In this document: positions 47,758 to 57,444 of the stretch, piece by piece
How the letters are laid out: every line of letters begins with the position of its first letter
Position numbering within the stretch: position 1 is the first letter of the stretch
Program-made: the position numbers and the translations under genes
Source: an uncultured Myxococcales bacterium
GTDB taxonomy: Bacteria; Myxococcota_A; UBA9042; PWKZ01; CAYRCM01
Length of the DNA: 64,000 nucleotides
Assembly: GCA_964422715.1 (NCBI GenBank)
Contig: CAYRCM010000001.1
Span: forward strand, 65,331-129,330
Direction: 5' to 3'
The notes under the pieces: generated by a model
What the model was told of the DNA's origin: nothing
Database searches by the model: none
Seen by the model: the letters and a program-made list of their open reading frames with translations, nothing else

Positions 47758-48828
47758 TCAGAGCGCGCGTGCGGCGGCTTCGGCGTCGGCGATGAACTCG
47801 GCAATCTGACTCGTGAGCGCGTCGAGGTCGCTCTGGAACGAGAAGATCTTGCGACAGGCCCCAGCGGCCTTCACCCCGTCGGAGAACTGCTCGTGGTACA
47901 GGTCGCTCGCCATCTGGAAAGCGTCGACGCCACGGTAGGGGCTGTAGAATTCGCCCGTTCCCGGACGCGCGGGCACGGCCCGAGCGGCGGCCAGAGATGG
48001 GTCGCTCTCCACCCCGATGACGAAGTCGGGTTGCAACAGAAACCGTTCGACAGCGTCGATGACCGTGTCGTCGCGCAACCCTTCCATGGCCTGGTAGACC
48101 TTGGGGGCGAGCGCGAAGAAGGGCGTGACCACCGAGTGGCCCTGTGCGAGCAGCGGGCGAATGCGGCTTTCCTGGCGGTGCAGGCGCTCGCAGGCAAACA
48201 ACAGCGTGCGCTCGAAGGCCCGGTACGCATCGGAAGTGAGCGGCGAGAAGCGCGTGATCATGAAGTCCCAAAGCGGCGTGTCGAAGTCGTACCAGCACAC
48301 GTCGACCGGCAGGGGGTCTTGCTCGGTGTGAGGGGCGGCCGCGTTTCGGGCGCGCGGCAGCTGCTCGGCCAGGCGACCCGCCAGTTCGGCCAGCAGAACA
48401 CCGTCGATCCCTTCGAGCGAGATCAGCAGGGTCTTGCCCTGCGACACGCGCTTCCAGTACCAGAGGATCTCGTCGCCCGGATGGCCGATGAGGCGGCGCA
48501 TGAAGGCAAGCAGGTCGTCGCGGTCGCGCTTGCTGAGGCGTTGGTAGGCCTCGCTCCATTCGAGGGGCGTGCCTTCGGGACGAACGCGGGTGACGGGCGG
48601 CAACAGGGCCGACACGGGTCGGTCGAGCGCCGCGGCCACGCGACACAGCATTCCGGCCGAAAACGAGTAGCGCCCCGATTCGAGCGATTTGAGGTGCGCG
48701 GCGCTGATCTGCAGGCGCGATGCCAGGGCTTCGAGCCCCCAAGGCATCTCTTGGCGGAATTTGGCCACCTGTCCGCCAACGAAGACGTCGACATCCCGGT
48801 CTTGCGCGCGTTTCTTCGTGCGCGGCAT
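47758..48828 (-). CDS. XRE-family HTH regulator fused to a degenerate thymidylate-kinase-like (P-loop NTPase-fold) domain
   Basis: N-terminus ...GGQVAKFRQEMPWGLEALASRLQISAAHLKSLESGR (HTH_XRE). C-terminal region KTLLISLEGIDGVLLAELAGRL...MITRFSPLTSDAYRAFE mirrors dTMP kinase (IVFEGIDGSGKST...DRY.DS..AYQ) but lacks the GKS/T P-loop residues. Real start MPRTKKRAQDR at 48828. Confidence 0.7.
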   Translation of the reverse strand: MPRTKKRAQDRDVDVFVGGQVAKFRQEMPWGLEALASRLQISAAHLKSLESGRYSFSAGMLCRVAAALDRPVSALLPPVTRVRPEGTPLEWSEAYQRLSKRDRDDLLAFMRRLIGHPGDEILWYWKRVSQGKTLLISLEGIDGVLLAELAGRLAEQLPRARNAAAPHTEQDPLPVDVCWYDFDTPLWDFMITRFSPLTSDAYRAFERTLLFACERLHRQESRIRPLLAQGHSVVTPFFALAPKVYQAMEGLRDDTVIDAVERFLLQPDFVIGVESDPSLAAARAVPARPGTGEFYSPYRGVDAFQMASDLYHEQFSDGVKAAGACRKIFSFQSDLDALTSQIAEFIADAEAAARAL

Positions 48829-48944
48829 GGGCTTTCTCCCGGCACGGCCCGCTGTCTTCACCTCGGCGTTTGGCAACCGCCGCGGGCCAACGTTCTCATG
48901 GATCGGACGCCCTGGGGGAGCCCCCCGGCGAGAGGGTAGTATAC

Positions 48945-50129
48945 ATGCTTCCCGCTACGTGTCTTCCTTTCGATGGTCCCGGCCGCCGTCTTCCCGCTCG
49001 GGGCCGTCGTCACGACCCGGTTGCCGCAAGCCAGGGGCCGCACGAACCGCGGCGCACGCCGACGCTGGGCGTTGCCCTCTGCGGGTTCGCGTGCGCGCTG
49101 CTCGCCGCAGCCTGCGGCTCGGCAGGCGACTCCGGTGGCGGCAACGGCTCCGCGCCCACCATGACCGTCGTCGTCATCGATGTCGGCCAGGGCGATGCCA
49201 TGCTCATCATCGGGCCCGGCACGGCCGACAGTACGAGTCCGCCGCGCAGCGTGCTCATCGACAGCGGGCTCGGTCAAGACGGGTTCCGCGACCCGGAGGG
49301 CAAGGCCGTCGCAAGCGTACGCGCCGCGCTCGACAGGCACCTGCCGCCCGGGGACACGCTCGATGTGTTCATCGCCACGCACTGCGACGCCGACCATGTG
49401 GGCGGGGTCGGGGCCCTCGTCGCCAACGGCTTCACCGACGACGCCACCTGGTTCGTCCAGGGGACGGCCGACCAGACGCACTGTGACGATACCGCACCTT
49501 ACACCGCCGGGGGGGTCCGGATGGCGCCCAGGGATGCCGGCGAGATCCTGCTCGGCCAGGGTGCCCGGCTGCGCGTCGTGGCGGCCGAGGGCCGGGTCAG
49601 AGCCGGCGGTCCCGTCCTCGGAGACGGCGACAACGAAGACAGCATCGCGGTGCTTCTGTCGTTTGGCGCGTTCGATCTGTTCACGGGCGGCGACCTGAGC
49701 GGCGCACCGCTGACGCAGCTCGTGGCCGAGCGCGACGCCGAGCTGCGGGCCGATGTGGCGAAGTTGAACCACCACGGCGCCGGCGCCGACGCGAACCCCC
49801 CCGAGTTCTTGGAGGCCGTGTCGCCGCAGATCGTGCTCATCTCGGTCGGCGACAGCGCCAGCTGCGGGCCGGGCTTCAACCAATACGGCCACCCCACGCA
49901 AGTGGCGCTCGACGCCATCGGCGCGACGGCCACCGTGCAGCACATCTACCAGACTGAAACGGGCGGAGAGAAAAGCGGCGGGAGCGATTGCCAGCCGCAG
50001 ACGCCGCGGCAATACCCTGCGGGGGTCGGTCTCAGCGTGGCCGACGGCAACATCGTGCTGACGACCGACGGCGAAACGTTCTCTATTGCGCTTCCCGACG
50101 GCACTGGGCGCAGCTACTCGGCCGAGTGA
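48945..50129 (+). CDS. ComEC/Rec2-related MBL-fold metallo-hydrolase lipoprotein (stand-alone ComEC C-terminal domain homolog; predicted nuclease)
   Basis: Lipoprotein signal ...VALCGFACALLAAACGS. Motifs MTVVVIDVGQGDAMLI, HCDADHVGG, DLFTGGD, KLNHHGAG and ISVGDSASCGPGFNQYGHPTQVALDAI match the ComEC beta-lactamase-like domain. Confidence 0.75.
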   Translation: MLPATCLPFDGPGRRLPARGRRHDPVAASQGPHEPRRTPTLGVALCGFACALLAAACGSAGDSGGGNGSAPTMTVVVIDVGQGDAMLIIGPGTADSTSPPRSVLIDSGLGQDGFRDPEGKAVASVRAALDRHLPPGDTLDVFIATHCDADHVGGVGALVANGFTDDATWFVQGTADQTHCDDTAPYTAGGVRMAPRDAGEILLGQGARLRVVAAEGRVRAGGPVLGDGDNEDSIAVLLSFGAFDLFTGGDLSGAPLTQLVAERDAELRADVAKLNHHGAGADANPPEFLEAVSPQIVLISVGDSASCGPGFNQYGHPTQVALDAIGATATVQHIYQTETGGEKSGGSDCQPQTPRQYPAGVGLSVADGNIVLTTDGETFSIALPDGTGRSYSAE

Positions 50130-50162
50130 TCGCGCCACCGCCCGCACGCCGGCGTACTCAGG

Positions 50163-51779
50163 CTACGCGAGCGACATGCGCTGCCAGAGGGTGGCGAGCG
50201 GCTCGTCGACGCGCCACGTCACCACCGCCGCTCCGGCCGCGCGGAGCACCCGCACCAACGCGGCGCGCTGCGCGCGTGCCGAATCGTCGGCGAGTGCGCT
50301 CAGTCGCAGCGCGAGCGGGTCGAGCGGGCCTTCGGCGTCGGGGGCCGCGTCGGGCACAAGCAGCACGAGGCGATGGCGCCGGGCGCGGGCGAGGGCCAGG
50401 GCCCGCAGGAACGGGCGGGGCTCCACCACGTCGTACAGGTCGCTCAGCACGAGCACGACGTGCGGTCCGGCGCCGCCGGCGAGCACGCGCTCGATGGCGC
50501 GCGTGAGGCCGCGCGCCTTGTCGCCGGGGGCGCTGCCCACGCGAACGGGCAGCTCGATGCCGTGGAGGCGCGCATACTGGCGCAGGGCTGCGAAGTCTGG
50601 CGATGCGGCGAGTGCCGGCGGCTGAACGCGGCTCGCAGCCACGCGCGCGCGGCGTGCCAACTCCTCGTCGACGAAGGCGAACACGGCGTCGGGGTCGTAT
50701 TCGGCTGCACCACGCGGCCGCGAGCCGGGGCGTCGTACGGGGACGCCCTTCTGCCGTTCGAGGTAGGAGCCGACGCGCGCGACGAGCTCGCCATCGGTGA
50801 CGAGCGTCTGGGCTTCGTGGACGACCGCGTGCACGTCGAGGAGTTCGTCGACGAAGGCGTGGGTGGCCCTGGAGCCGACCGCGGGTGGCAGAAACGCGTG
50901 CACGCCGCGATCGAAGGTGACGAGCCCGAGGCGGTGGCGGCGTTCGGCCAGAACATGCGCCAGCGTGTAGGCGAGCGTCACCGCACGGTCGATGGCGGCC
51001 TGGCCCGGCACACCGGCCCGCATGGAGGCCGAGACGTCGAGCGCCACGTAGATCGACAGGGTCAGGTCGGCATCGAACTCCTTGACGACGAGTCGGCCGA
51101 GGCGCGCCGACGCCTTCCACGCGATGCTGCGGAAGGCGTCGCCCGGTCGGTGGTCGCGCAGTTCCCGAATGTCGGTGCCGGGCCCGCGCAGGCGCCGCCG
51201 GCGGCCTTGCAGACCTTCCTCGATGGTCGTACGCGTCGTCGCTGATGGGCGGCGGAGCGCCAGTTCGAACCTTCTTGGCGGGCGTACGCGCAGTTCGAGC
51301 GGGGCGGGCAGATAGTGTTCGAGCGCGAAGAGCCCATGGGGGTCGTCGAGCAGCAGACGCAGTCCGTGCACGAACCAGATGCCGCTGCGCCGCGCGACGA
51401 GCTCGACGACCGCCTGGCCGTCGGGGGCGAGCCACGCCCAGGCCTCGGCCGGCGCCAGTTCGGGCGAAGCGACGGGGCAGATCCGCGCCCCGCGCACGAG
51501 CGGCGCGAGCGGGGCCAGCGAGACCTGCACGCGCACCGCGATGGGGTCGTCGGCCCTTGGCAAGGACGGCCCGGCCGGACCCATGAGCCGGGCGCCGATG
51601 CCCGCCGCCCGCGCGACCCCGCGCACGTGGCGCACCCGCAGCCAGCCCGTTGCCAGAAGCCCAACCGGGGCAAGCGCCCAGAGCAGCAGCACGGGCTGCC
51701 CCGCGGCGAGCCCCGCGGCGACAAACGCCAGCGAGACTCCGGCGAGCGCCCAGCCTCGGCGCGTGACGCGCTGGATCAT
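50163..51779 (-). CDS. DUF58-domain protein (MoxR-associated, vWA-like)
   Basis: Start MIQRVTRRGWALAGVSLAFVAAGL (the first 59 codons of track ORF 50163-51956 are discarded). DUF58 signature GTDIRELRDHRPGDAFRSIAWKASARLGRLVVKEFDADLTLSIYVALDVSASM. ATG overlaps the moxR stop. Confidence 0.75.
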   Translation of the reverse strand: MIQRVTRRGWALAGVSLAFVAAGLAAGQPVLLLWALAPVGLLATGWLRVRHVRGVARAAGIGARLMGPAGPSLPRADDPIAVRVQVSLAPLAPLVRGARICPVASPELAPAEAWAWLAPDGQAVVELVARRSGIWFVHGLRLLLDDPHGLFALEHYLPAPLELRVRPPRRFELALRRPSATTRTTIEEGLQGRRRRLRGPGTDIRELRDHRPGDAFRSIAWKASARLGRLVVKEFDADLTLSIYVALDVSASMRAGVPGQAAIDRAVTLAYTLAHVLAERRHRLGLVTFDRGVHAFLPPAVGSRATHAFVDELLDVHAVVHEAQTLVTDGELVARVGSYLERQKGVPVRRPGSRPRGAAEYDPDAVFAFVDEELARRARVAASRVQPPALAASPDFAALRQYARLHGIELPVRVGSAPGDKARGLTRAIERVLAGGAGPHVVLVLSDLYDVVEPRPFLRALALARARRHRLVLLVPDAAPDAEGPLDPLALRLSALADDSARAQRAALVRVLRAAGAAVVTWRVDEPLATLWQRMSLA

Positions 51780-52765
51780 GGCAGTGGCCGCTCGGAGTAG
51801 GCCACGTTGGCGAGTGCCTCGTCGACCACGCGGGCCGCCGTGAGCCCATCGAGCTGGGCGTCCGGGGTCAGCATGAGGCGGTGACCGAAGACGGCCGGCG
51901 CGAGGCGACGAACATCGTCGGGCAACACGAAGGTACGGCCCAGGATGAGCGCGCACGCCTTCGCCGCTCGCATCAGCATGAGCGAGCCGCGCGGCGAGGC
52001 GCCGAGCGTGACCTTGGGATGCTCGCGCGTGAAACGCGCGAGTCGCACGATGTAGTCGCGCAGTTCCTCGTCGATGTGGACGCGCTCGGCCTCGCTCGAC
52101 AGATCCAGGATCTCGTTCGGTTGGACGAGCGGACGCACATCGGACACGGGCGCGCCGTAGAGGTCGAGCATGCGCGCCTCGTCGGCCGCCGAGGGGTAGT
52201 CGAGGACGATCTTGAACAGGAAGCGGTCGAGCTGCGCTTCGGGCAGCAGGTAGACGCCTTCTTCTTCGACGGGGTTCTGAGTCGCAAGCACCATGAACGG
52301 GGGATCGAGGCGCAGGGTGGTGCCTTCGATGGTGACCTGGCTCTCCTGCATGGCCTCGAGCAGCGCCGATTGGGTCTTGGCCGGGGCCCGGTTGATCTCG
52401 TCGCCGAGCACGATCTGCGCAAAGACGGGGCCGCGGCGCAACACGAATTCGTTGCGCTTCACATCGAGCACGTAGGTGCCGGTGATGTCGGCCGGCAGCA
52501 GGTCGGGGGTGAACTGGATGCGCTTGAACGTGCAGCCGAGCGTGCCGGCAAAAGCCTTGACCAGCGTCGTCTTGGCGATGCCGGGCACGCCTTCGAGGAG
52601 CACGTGGCCGCGGGCGAGGAGGGCCACGAGCAGCATCTCGACCGACTGCGGTGAACCGACGAAGGCGTGGGCGATCTCGGCGAGGAAACGCGTGCGTAGC
52701 GCGCGCACACGGGCCGCGGTGTCCGGGGCCACACCGGTGAGGGGGAGGGCGACATCGTTCGACAT
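51776..52765 (-). CDS. MoxR-family AAA+ ATPase
   Basis: HVLLEGVPGIAKTTLVKAFAG (Walker A), LLADITGT, FAQIVLGDEINRAPAKTQSALLEAMQE (Walker B/sensor), 329 aa. Textbook MoxR. Confidence 0.9.
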   Translation of the reverse strand: MSNDVALPLTGVAPDTAARVRALRTRFLAEIAHAFVGSPQSVEMLLVALLARGHVLLEGVPGIAKTTLVKAFAGTLGCTFKRIQFTPDLLPADITGTYVLDVKRNEFVLRRGPVFAQIVLGDEINRAPAKTQSALLEAMQESQVTIEGTTLRLDPPFMVLATQNPVEEEGVYLLPEAQLDRFLFKIVLDYPSAADEARMLDLYGAPVSDVRPLVQPNEILDLSSEAERVHIDEELRDYIVRLARFTREHPKVTLGASPRGSLMLMRAAKACALILGRTFVLPDDVRRLAPAVFGHRLMLTPDAQLDGLTAARVVDEALANVAYSERPLP

Positions 52766-52768
52766 GGG

Positions 52769-55753
52769 CTAGGGAGCCTTTCCGGCCGCCGGGGGCTGTC
52801 CGGCGCCTGCATCCGCGGGGCGCAGCGCGTCGATCCGGTCGTAGAGTTGCATGAAGTCCTGGGGCGAGACGCGCCGCTGGCCGGCCACGCGGGCCAGCGC
52901 GCCGCGGGCCGCGGCCAGGCCCGGCACGTCGGCGCCGTGCGGGTACCAGCGATCGAGGCGCGCTTGCAGCCAGCTGAGCGGCGAGCGGAAGTCGGCCTGC
53001 TGGCGGGCGCGCAGCATGGCGGACACCTGGTCGGCCGCCGCCGAACGCGTGGGCAGGCTCTCGGGCTGCCAGGCAAACGCACGCCCGCGCGGGCGGCGGA
53101 GGGCGCCGCGCGCTAGCGCCGCGAAGACCAACAGGACTCCGCCGAGCACCAGCGTGCGTCCGAGAGGCGTCGCCAGGTGCTGGTCGAGGTTGGCAAAAGC
53201 CGCGTCGATGGCCGCGATGGATGCCGCGAAGAAGTCATGGACGTCCCGCACGTTGCGCATGGACGGCACGTAGCGGCCGCTGTGTCGCGCACCGGGCAGG
53301 ACGAGCTGGATGTCGCACCAATCGGTGACGCAATAGTAGCGCAGCAAGTTGGCCGCGAACTGTTTGTTGCCGCGGGCCCGACGCAGCATGTCGTTGATGA
53401 AGAGAGAAGCATCGGCGACCACGAGCAGTCGTCCGGCGTCCACCGTGCGTTCGAGCACGAGGGCGCTGTCGCTCTCGGGGTCACCGAAGGGCACGATGGG
53501 CTGACTGGCGGCCGGCTCGGCGACGGTGCGGACGGCCGTTGGGTGGTTCGCAACGATGGCATCGGTGTTGAAGAACAGGAAATGCTCGCTGGCTGGACCG
53601 AGTTCGAAAACGGGCCAGGCGTTTGCGCCGCCGAGGTGCAGCGGGTGGTCGGGAGGTGCCGAGACGCGTTCGAGGCCAACGGCGCGGAGCAGCGCTTCGG
53701 ACTGACCAAAATCATCGGCCACCACGAGTCGCCCGCCGTCTTCGATGAAGCGCCGCAAATCCTTGATGGGCAACGGTCGTTCGGGGAACAGCAGCCAGAG
53801 CACGTCTTCGGCGGTCACCTTCCGCCAGTCGACCTGCGTCGTGGGCGACAGGCGCACCTGGGCCTCGGCGGCCGTTTGCATGAGGGCCGAGAGGCCGTTC
53901 CAGGCGTCGCTTTCGAGGGCGTAGTCGTCGTCGAGTGGCGCGCCGGCCGCAGAACGGGCGCTGAGGAGCGCGGCGAGCAGGAGCGCCACAACCGGCCCGG
54001 CCGTCGGGCGGCGCGCGGGGGCCGGGGGGGCCGGGGCGGCCGCCACTTGCAGCTCGCCGACCAGCGAGAGCGCTCGTTCGAGCGTTGGACCGGCGGCCGC
54101 AGGCAGGTCGAAGTACCCCCTTTCGACGGCAGCGGCGAGGCTTGCCAGGGTTTCGGCGTGCTCGGGCAAGCGCTTCGCGAGCGTTGGCAGCGACTCGCCG
54201 GGCGTTGCACGGCCCCAGGCTGCGCCCGCAAGGCCAAGCATCCGCAGGACTCGCACCCAGAGGGCCGCGAGTCGTGCGCGATGGGGCATGACCTGCACGT
54301 CGATGCGTTCGAATTCGCCGCGGTGCGGGACGGCAACCCGGAGGACGAGCATCTCGTGGGCCGGTCCGGACACGCGCAAGACGTAGTCGCCGTCGCTGAG
54401 CGGCCCGAGACTGAAGCGGCCGTTCGCGAGCGTTGTGAACTGCGCAACGGGCGGACCGGCGTCCGGTGCGTAGAGCCCAACTTGCGCGAGGCCAAGCGGC
54501 GCTCGGGCGTGCGCGTCGAACACGGTCCCCGCAACGGTGCGGCGCACTCGTTTCTCGGCGAGCGGTGCGCCGAGGCCGACATGCGCTTGCAGGAGGGGCA
54601 GCGATGTGAGGGGGGCAGCGGGGTCTGCTTGCCGGCGTGCACGGCGTCGGCCGACCCAGAGCAGCGTCCGGCGGCCGTAGCGGACGATCGCGAACAGCGC
54701 GAGCAGCGTTGCGAGCGGGATGACGTACGCCAACACCGGCAGCCGAGCGGGTGCCGGCGGGACGACGGCGATCGCGCTTGACTGGGCAGGTTCCTCCCAA
54801 AGGGCATCGGGCGTCGAGCGCGCCCGCAGGGAAACGGGACGGCCAACATCGCCATCGGGGAGTCCGCCGGGGGCGATGTCGAGCGCGAAATGGCCGTCGG
54901 GGCCCGTGACCGCGGGCAACACCGGCAGGTCGTCGGCCAGGAGGGTGATGAGGCGTCCGCCCAGCGGGCCCTGCGCTGTGCGAAGCGCCCCGGCACCGCG
55001 CAGGCCGGTTTCGCTGCGGACGACGCGCAGGGTCAGTTCGGGGCGCACGGAGACGATCAGCGGGCGGCGCACCCGGACGGGGTTGAAGCGGGCGTCCCCG
55101 ACGAGCAGGGCTTCGACCACGTGCTCGCCCGGAGGTGGCAGATCGTTCGGACGAAGCGCCCACAGCGCGGCCCCGTCGGCGTCGGTGAGAAGTTCCTGCG
55201 CGGGGTGATCGTCGATCTGGACGCGCACGACGCGTCCCATGGCCGGCCGGCCACGGTGCTGCGCCCGCACGAAGATTTCGACGGACTGTTCGCCCGCCCG
55301 GGCGCGAGCAGGGCGGACCACGACGAGCAGCTGCGGATGGAAACGACGGATGTCCGTGTCGTGGCGACTGCGGGCCGAGCCGAAGCGCCGGCCGCCCACA
55401 TACTCGGCCACGACGCTGGCCGGACCGGCGGAGGCTCCGCCCGCAAAGCAGGCGTTCAGCTCCGCCGGCCTCAGCCACAGCTCGTAGCGGCCATCGTCGT
55501 CGGTACGCACCGACCAGGCCGGGCACGACCCGACGCGGAGCAGCACCGTTTCCCCGCTGAGCGCCCGGCCCTGGTCGTCGCGCAGCAGCCCGCCGAGCCG
55601 CATGGCGCCATCGTCGCGGTCGCCGAGTTGGATGTCGAGCGACGTGCGGGCGCGCACCTGCAAGTCGTTTCCGGCCGCGCGCGCAATCGGCGGCCCGGCA
55701 ACCCATAGCAACGCGAGGGCGAGGAGCCCTCGACCCGCGTCCGCGAAACACAT
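52769..55753 (-). CDS. Large membrane protein (994 aa) with carboxypeptidase-regulatory-like (Ig-like) domains, a TM segment and a DUF4350-like C-terminal region; third member of the MoxR module
   Basis: Start MCFADAGRGLLALALLWVAGPPIARAAG (signal). Ig-like CarbopepD_reg-type repeats (GTVFDAHARAPLGLAQVGLYAPD...GRFSLGPLSDGDYVLRVSG). TM VLAYVIPLATLLALFAIV. DUF4350-like GGRLVVADDFGQSEALLRAVGLE. The single-gene interpretation is not verified. Confidence 0.6.
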   Translation of the reverse strand: MCFADAGRGLLALALLWVAGPPIARAAGNDLQVRARTSLDIQLGDRDDGAMRLGGLLRDDQGRALSGETVLLRVGSCPAWSVRTDDDGRYELWLRPAELNACFAGGASAGPASVVAEYVGGRRFGSARSRHDTDIRRFHPQLLVVVRPARARAGEQSVEIFVRAQHRGRPAMGRVVRVQIDDHPAQELLTDADGAALWALRPNDLPPPGEHVVEALLVGDARFNPVRVRRPLIVSVRPELTLRVVRSETGLRGAGALRTAQGPLGGRLITLLADDLPVLPAVTGPDGHFALDIAPGGLPDGDVGRPVSLRARSTPDALWEEPAQSSAIAVVPPAPARLPVLAYVIPLATLLALFAIVRYGRRTLLWVGRRRARRQADPAAPLTSLPLLQAHVGLGAPLAEKRVRRTVAGTVFDAHARAPLGLAQVGLYAPDAGPPVAQFTTLANGRFSLGPLSDGDYVLRVSGPAHEMLVLRVAVPHRGEFERIDVQVMPHRARLAALWVRVLRMLGLAGAAWGRATPGESLPTLAKRLPEHAETLASLAAAVERGYFDLPAAAGPTLERALSLVGELQVAAAPAPPAPARRPTAGPVVALLLAALLSARSAAGAPLDDDYALESDAWNGLSALMQTAAEAQVRLSPTTQVDWRKVTAEDVLWLLFPERPLPIKDLRRFIEDGGRLVVADDFGQSEALLRAVGLERVSAPPDHPLHLGGANAWPVFELGPASEHFLFFNTDAIVANHPTAVRTVAEPAASQPIVPFGDPESDSALVLERTVDAGRLLVVADASLFINDMLRRARGNKQFAANLLRYYCVTDWCDIQLVLPGARHSGRYVPSMRNVRDVHDFFAASIAAIDAAFANLDQHLATPLGRTLVLGGVLLVFAALARGALRRPRGRAFAWQPESLPTRSAAADQVSAMLRARQQADFRSPLSWLQARLDRWYPHGADVPGLAAARGALARVAGQRRVSPQDFMQLYDRIDALRPADAGAGQPPAAGKAP

Positions 55754-55899
55754 CCGCGCCTCCCCGGTCGCCCACTGTGCCGCATTCCGCGTGAGCCCTG
55801 CAAGTCCCGGACGCCCGCGCACCGATGCGATTGACGGCCCCGCCGGGCGTTCCCTATCATACGCCGCGCCCTTGGGAACGTCTGGCGCAGGGATTTGCC

Positions 55900-57213
55900 A
55901 TGCCACTCCGAATCGAGCCCCTCCGATTGTTTGCGCAGGCCGCCTCCGAGGCCAGCGCTACGCAGCTCCTCGTCATGCTGGCCGTGCTGGTGGTCGTTCT
56001 GGGACTGATCGTCGTCCTGCTGCGCGCCCAGCGGCGCCGCCGGCGCGGCCAGGCCGAGGCACCGGCGCGCGACCGCGACCGCGTTGCCGACCGGCCGACC
56101 GAGGCCGCGCTCGGCGACGAACTCGCCGATGAGTCCGGCGCGGCGGTCGCGCCGGACGGGGCGGAGCCGGCCCGTGCCAAGGCCGCGCCCGGCGCGGCGG
56201 CCGAAACGCCGAAGTCCGCTGCGGCACCCAGCGCGGAGCCGGCCGTCAAGACGGCGCCGGCGGCCGAGACGCCTGCCTTCGTCGTGATGCCCCCGGCCAC
56301 CATGCGTGACGGGTTGGCGCGCACCAAGAAGGAGGGGTTCGTAGCCCGGCTCGGCGGCCTCTTCCGGGGCAAGCAGCTCGACGACCAACTGCTCGACCAG
56401 GTGGACGAAGTGCTGCTCACGTCCGACATCGGCGTGCGCACGGCGCAGAAACTCGTCGACGGCATGCGCGCGGCATTGACGCGCAAGGCGCTGTCCGACG
56501 CTGATGCGGTCTGGCAGTATCTCCGCGTGCGCAGCGAAGAGATCCTCGCCGGCGTGGCCGGCAAGGCAACCGACAGCCCCATCGACCTCAGTGAGGGTCC
56601 GGAAGTCATGGTCATGGTGGGGGTCAACGGCACCGGCAAGACGACGACCATTGGCAAACTCGCCGCGCGCTACGCCGCCGAAGGGCGCAAGGTGCTGCTG
56701 GCGGCCGGCGACACCTTCCGCGCTGCGGCCGTCGAGCAACTCGCCGTCTGGGCGCGGCGCGTCAACGTTGCCATTCATGAGGGAGCCGACGAGGCCGACC
56801 CGGCGTCGGTGGTGTTCGACGCGCTCAATCGGGCGCGCGCCGAAGGCTACGACCTCGTCATCGTCGACACCGCCGGTCGGCTTCACACCAAAGTCAACCT
56901 CATGGAGGAACTCAAGAAGGTCACGCGTGTCATTGGCAAGGCACGCGCCGGCGCCCCCCATCACGTGTACCTGGTGCTCGACGCGACCACCGGCCAGAAC
57001 GCCATCCAGCAGGCATCCATCTTCAAAGACGCCGTGCACCTGACGGGCATCGTGCTCACCAAGCTCGACGGCACGGCGCGGGGTGGGGTTGTGCTCGGCA
57101 TCTGCGACGAGCTCGGCATCCCCATCCGCTACGTCGGTGTCGGCGAGCGGCTCCAGGATCTCCGCCCGTTCGACGCGCGCGAGTTCATCGACGCGCTTTT
57201 CGCCGAGAACTGA
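55900..57213 (+). CDS. ftsY: Signal recognition particle receptor FtsY, with N-terminal membrane anchor and acidic/Ala-Pro linker
   Basis: NG domain motifs [45 protein letters not shown] and [10 protein letters not shown]. Start MPLRIEPL at 55900. Confidence 0.9.
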   Translation: MPLRIEPLRLFAQAASEASATQLLVMLAVLVVVLGLIVVLLRAQRRRRRGQAEAPARDRDRVADRPTEAALGDELADESGAAVAPDGAEPARAKAAPGAAAETPKSAAAPSAEPAVKTAPAAETPAFVVMPPATMRDGLARTKKEGFVARLGGLFRGKQLDDQLLDQVDEVLLTSDIGVRTAQKLVDGMRAALTRKALSDADAVWQYLRVRSEEILAGVAGKATDSPIDLSEGPEVMVMVGVNGTGKTTTIGKLAARYAAEGRKVLLAAGDTFRAAAVEQLAVWARRVNVAIHEGADEADPASVVFDALNRARAEGYDLVIVDTAGRLHTKVNLMEELKKVTRVIGKARAGAPHHVYLVLDATTGQNAIQQASIFKDAVHLTGIVLTKLDGTARGGVVLGICDELGIPIRYVGVGERLQDLRPFDAREFIDALFAEN

Positions 57214-57444
57214 GGCGGGGCCCGGGCTGGGGGGGTCTGAGGGGGCAGCACGCCCTCGGGTGTGCTGCGGCGCCCCTTCGGCGGCCGCCAAAACCTTCCT
57301 TCCGGGGACTTGCAGAGCGGCGCTGCCTGGGCTACACTCGCGCCTGCGTTTTGGAGGAGTCCGATTCTTGCGAAATACATAGCGGTTTCACGGCTGAGGC
57401 GCCATGTCTGGCGCTCGGTCCGACACGCTGGAGCAGGTGAGGTC

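Noticed and set aside
57243-57270. Inverted repeat GCAGCAC-N10-GTGCTGC just after ftsY as a terminator
   Set aside because: A 7 bp stem without a following T-run in a GC-rich genome. Too weak to call.
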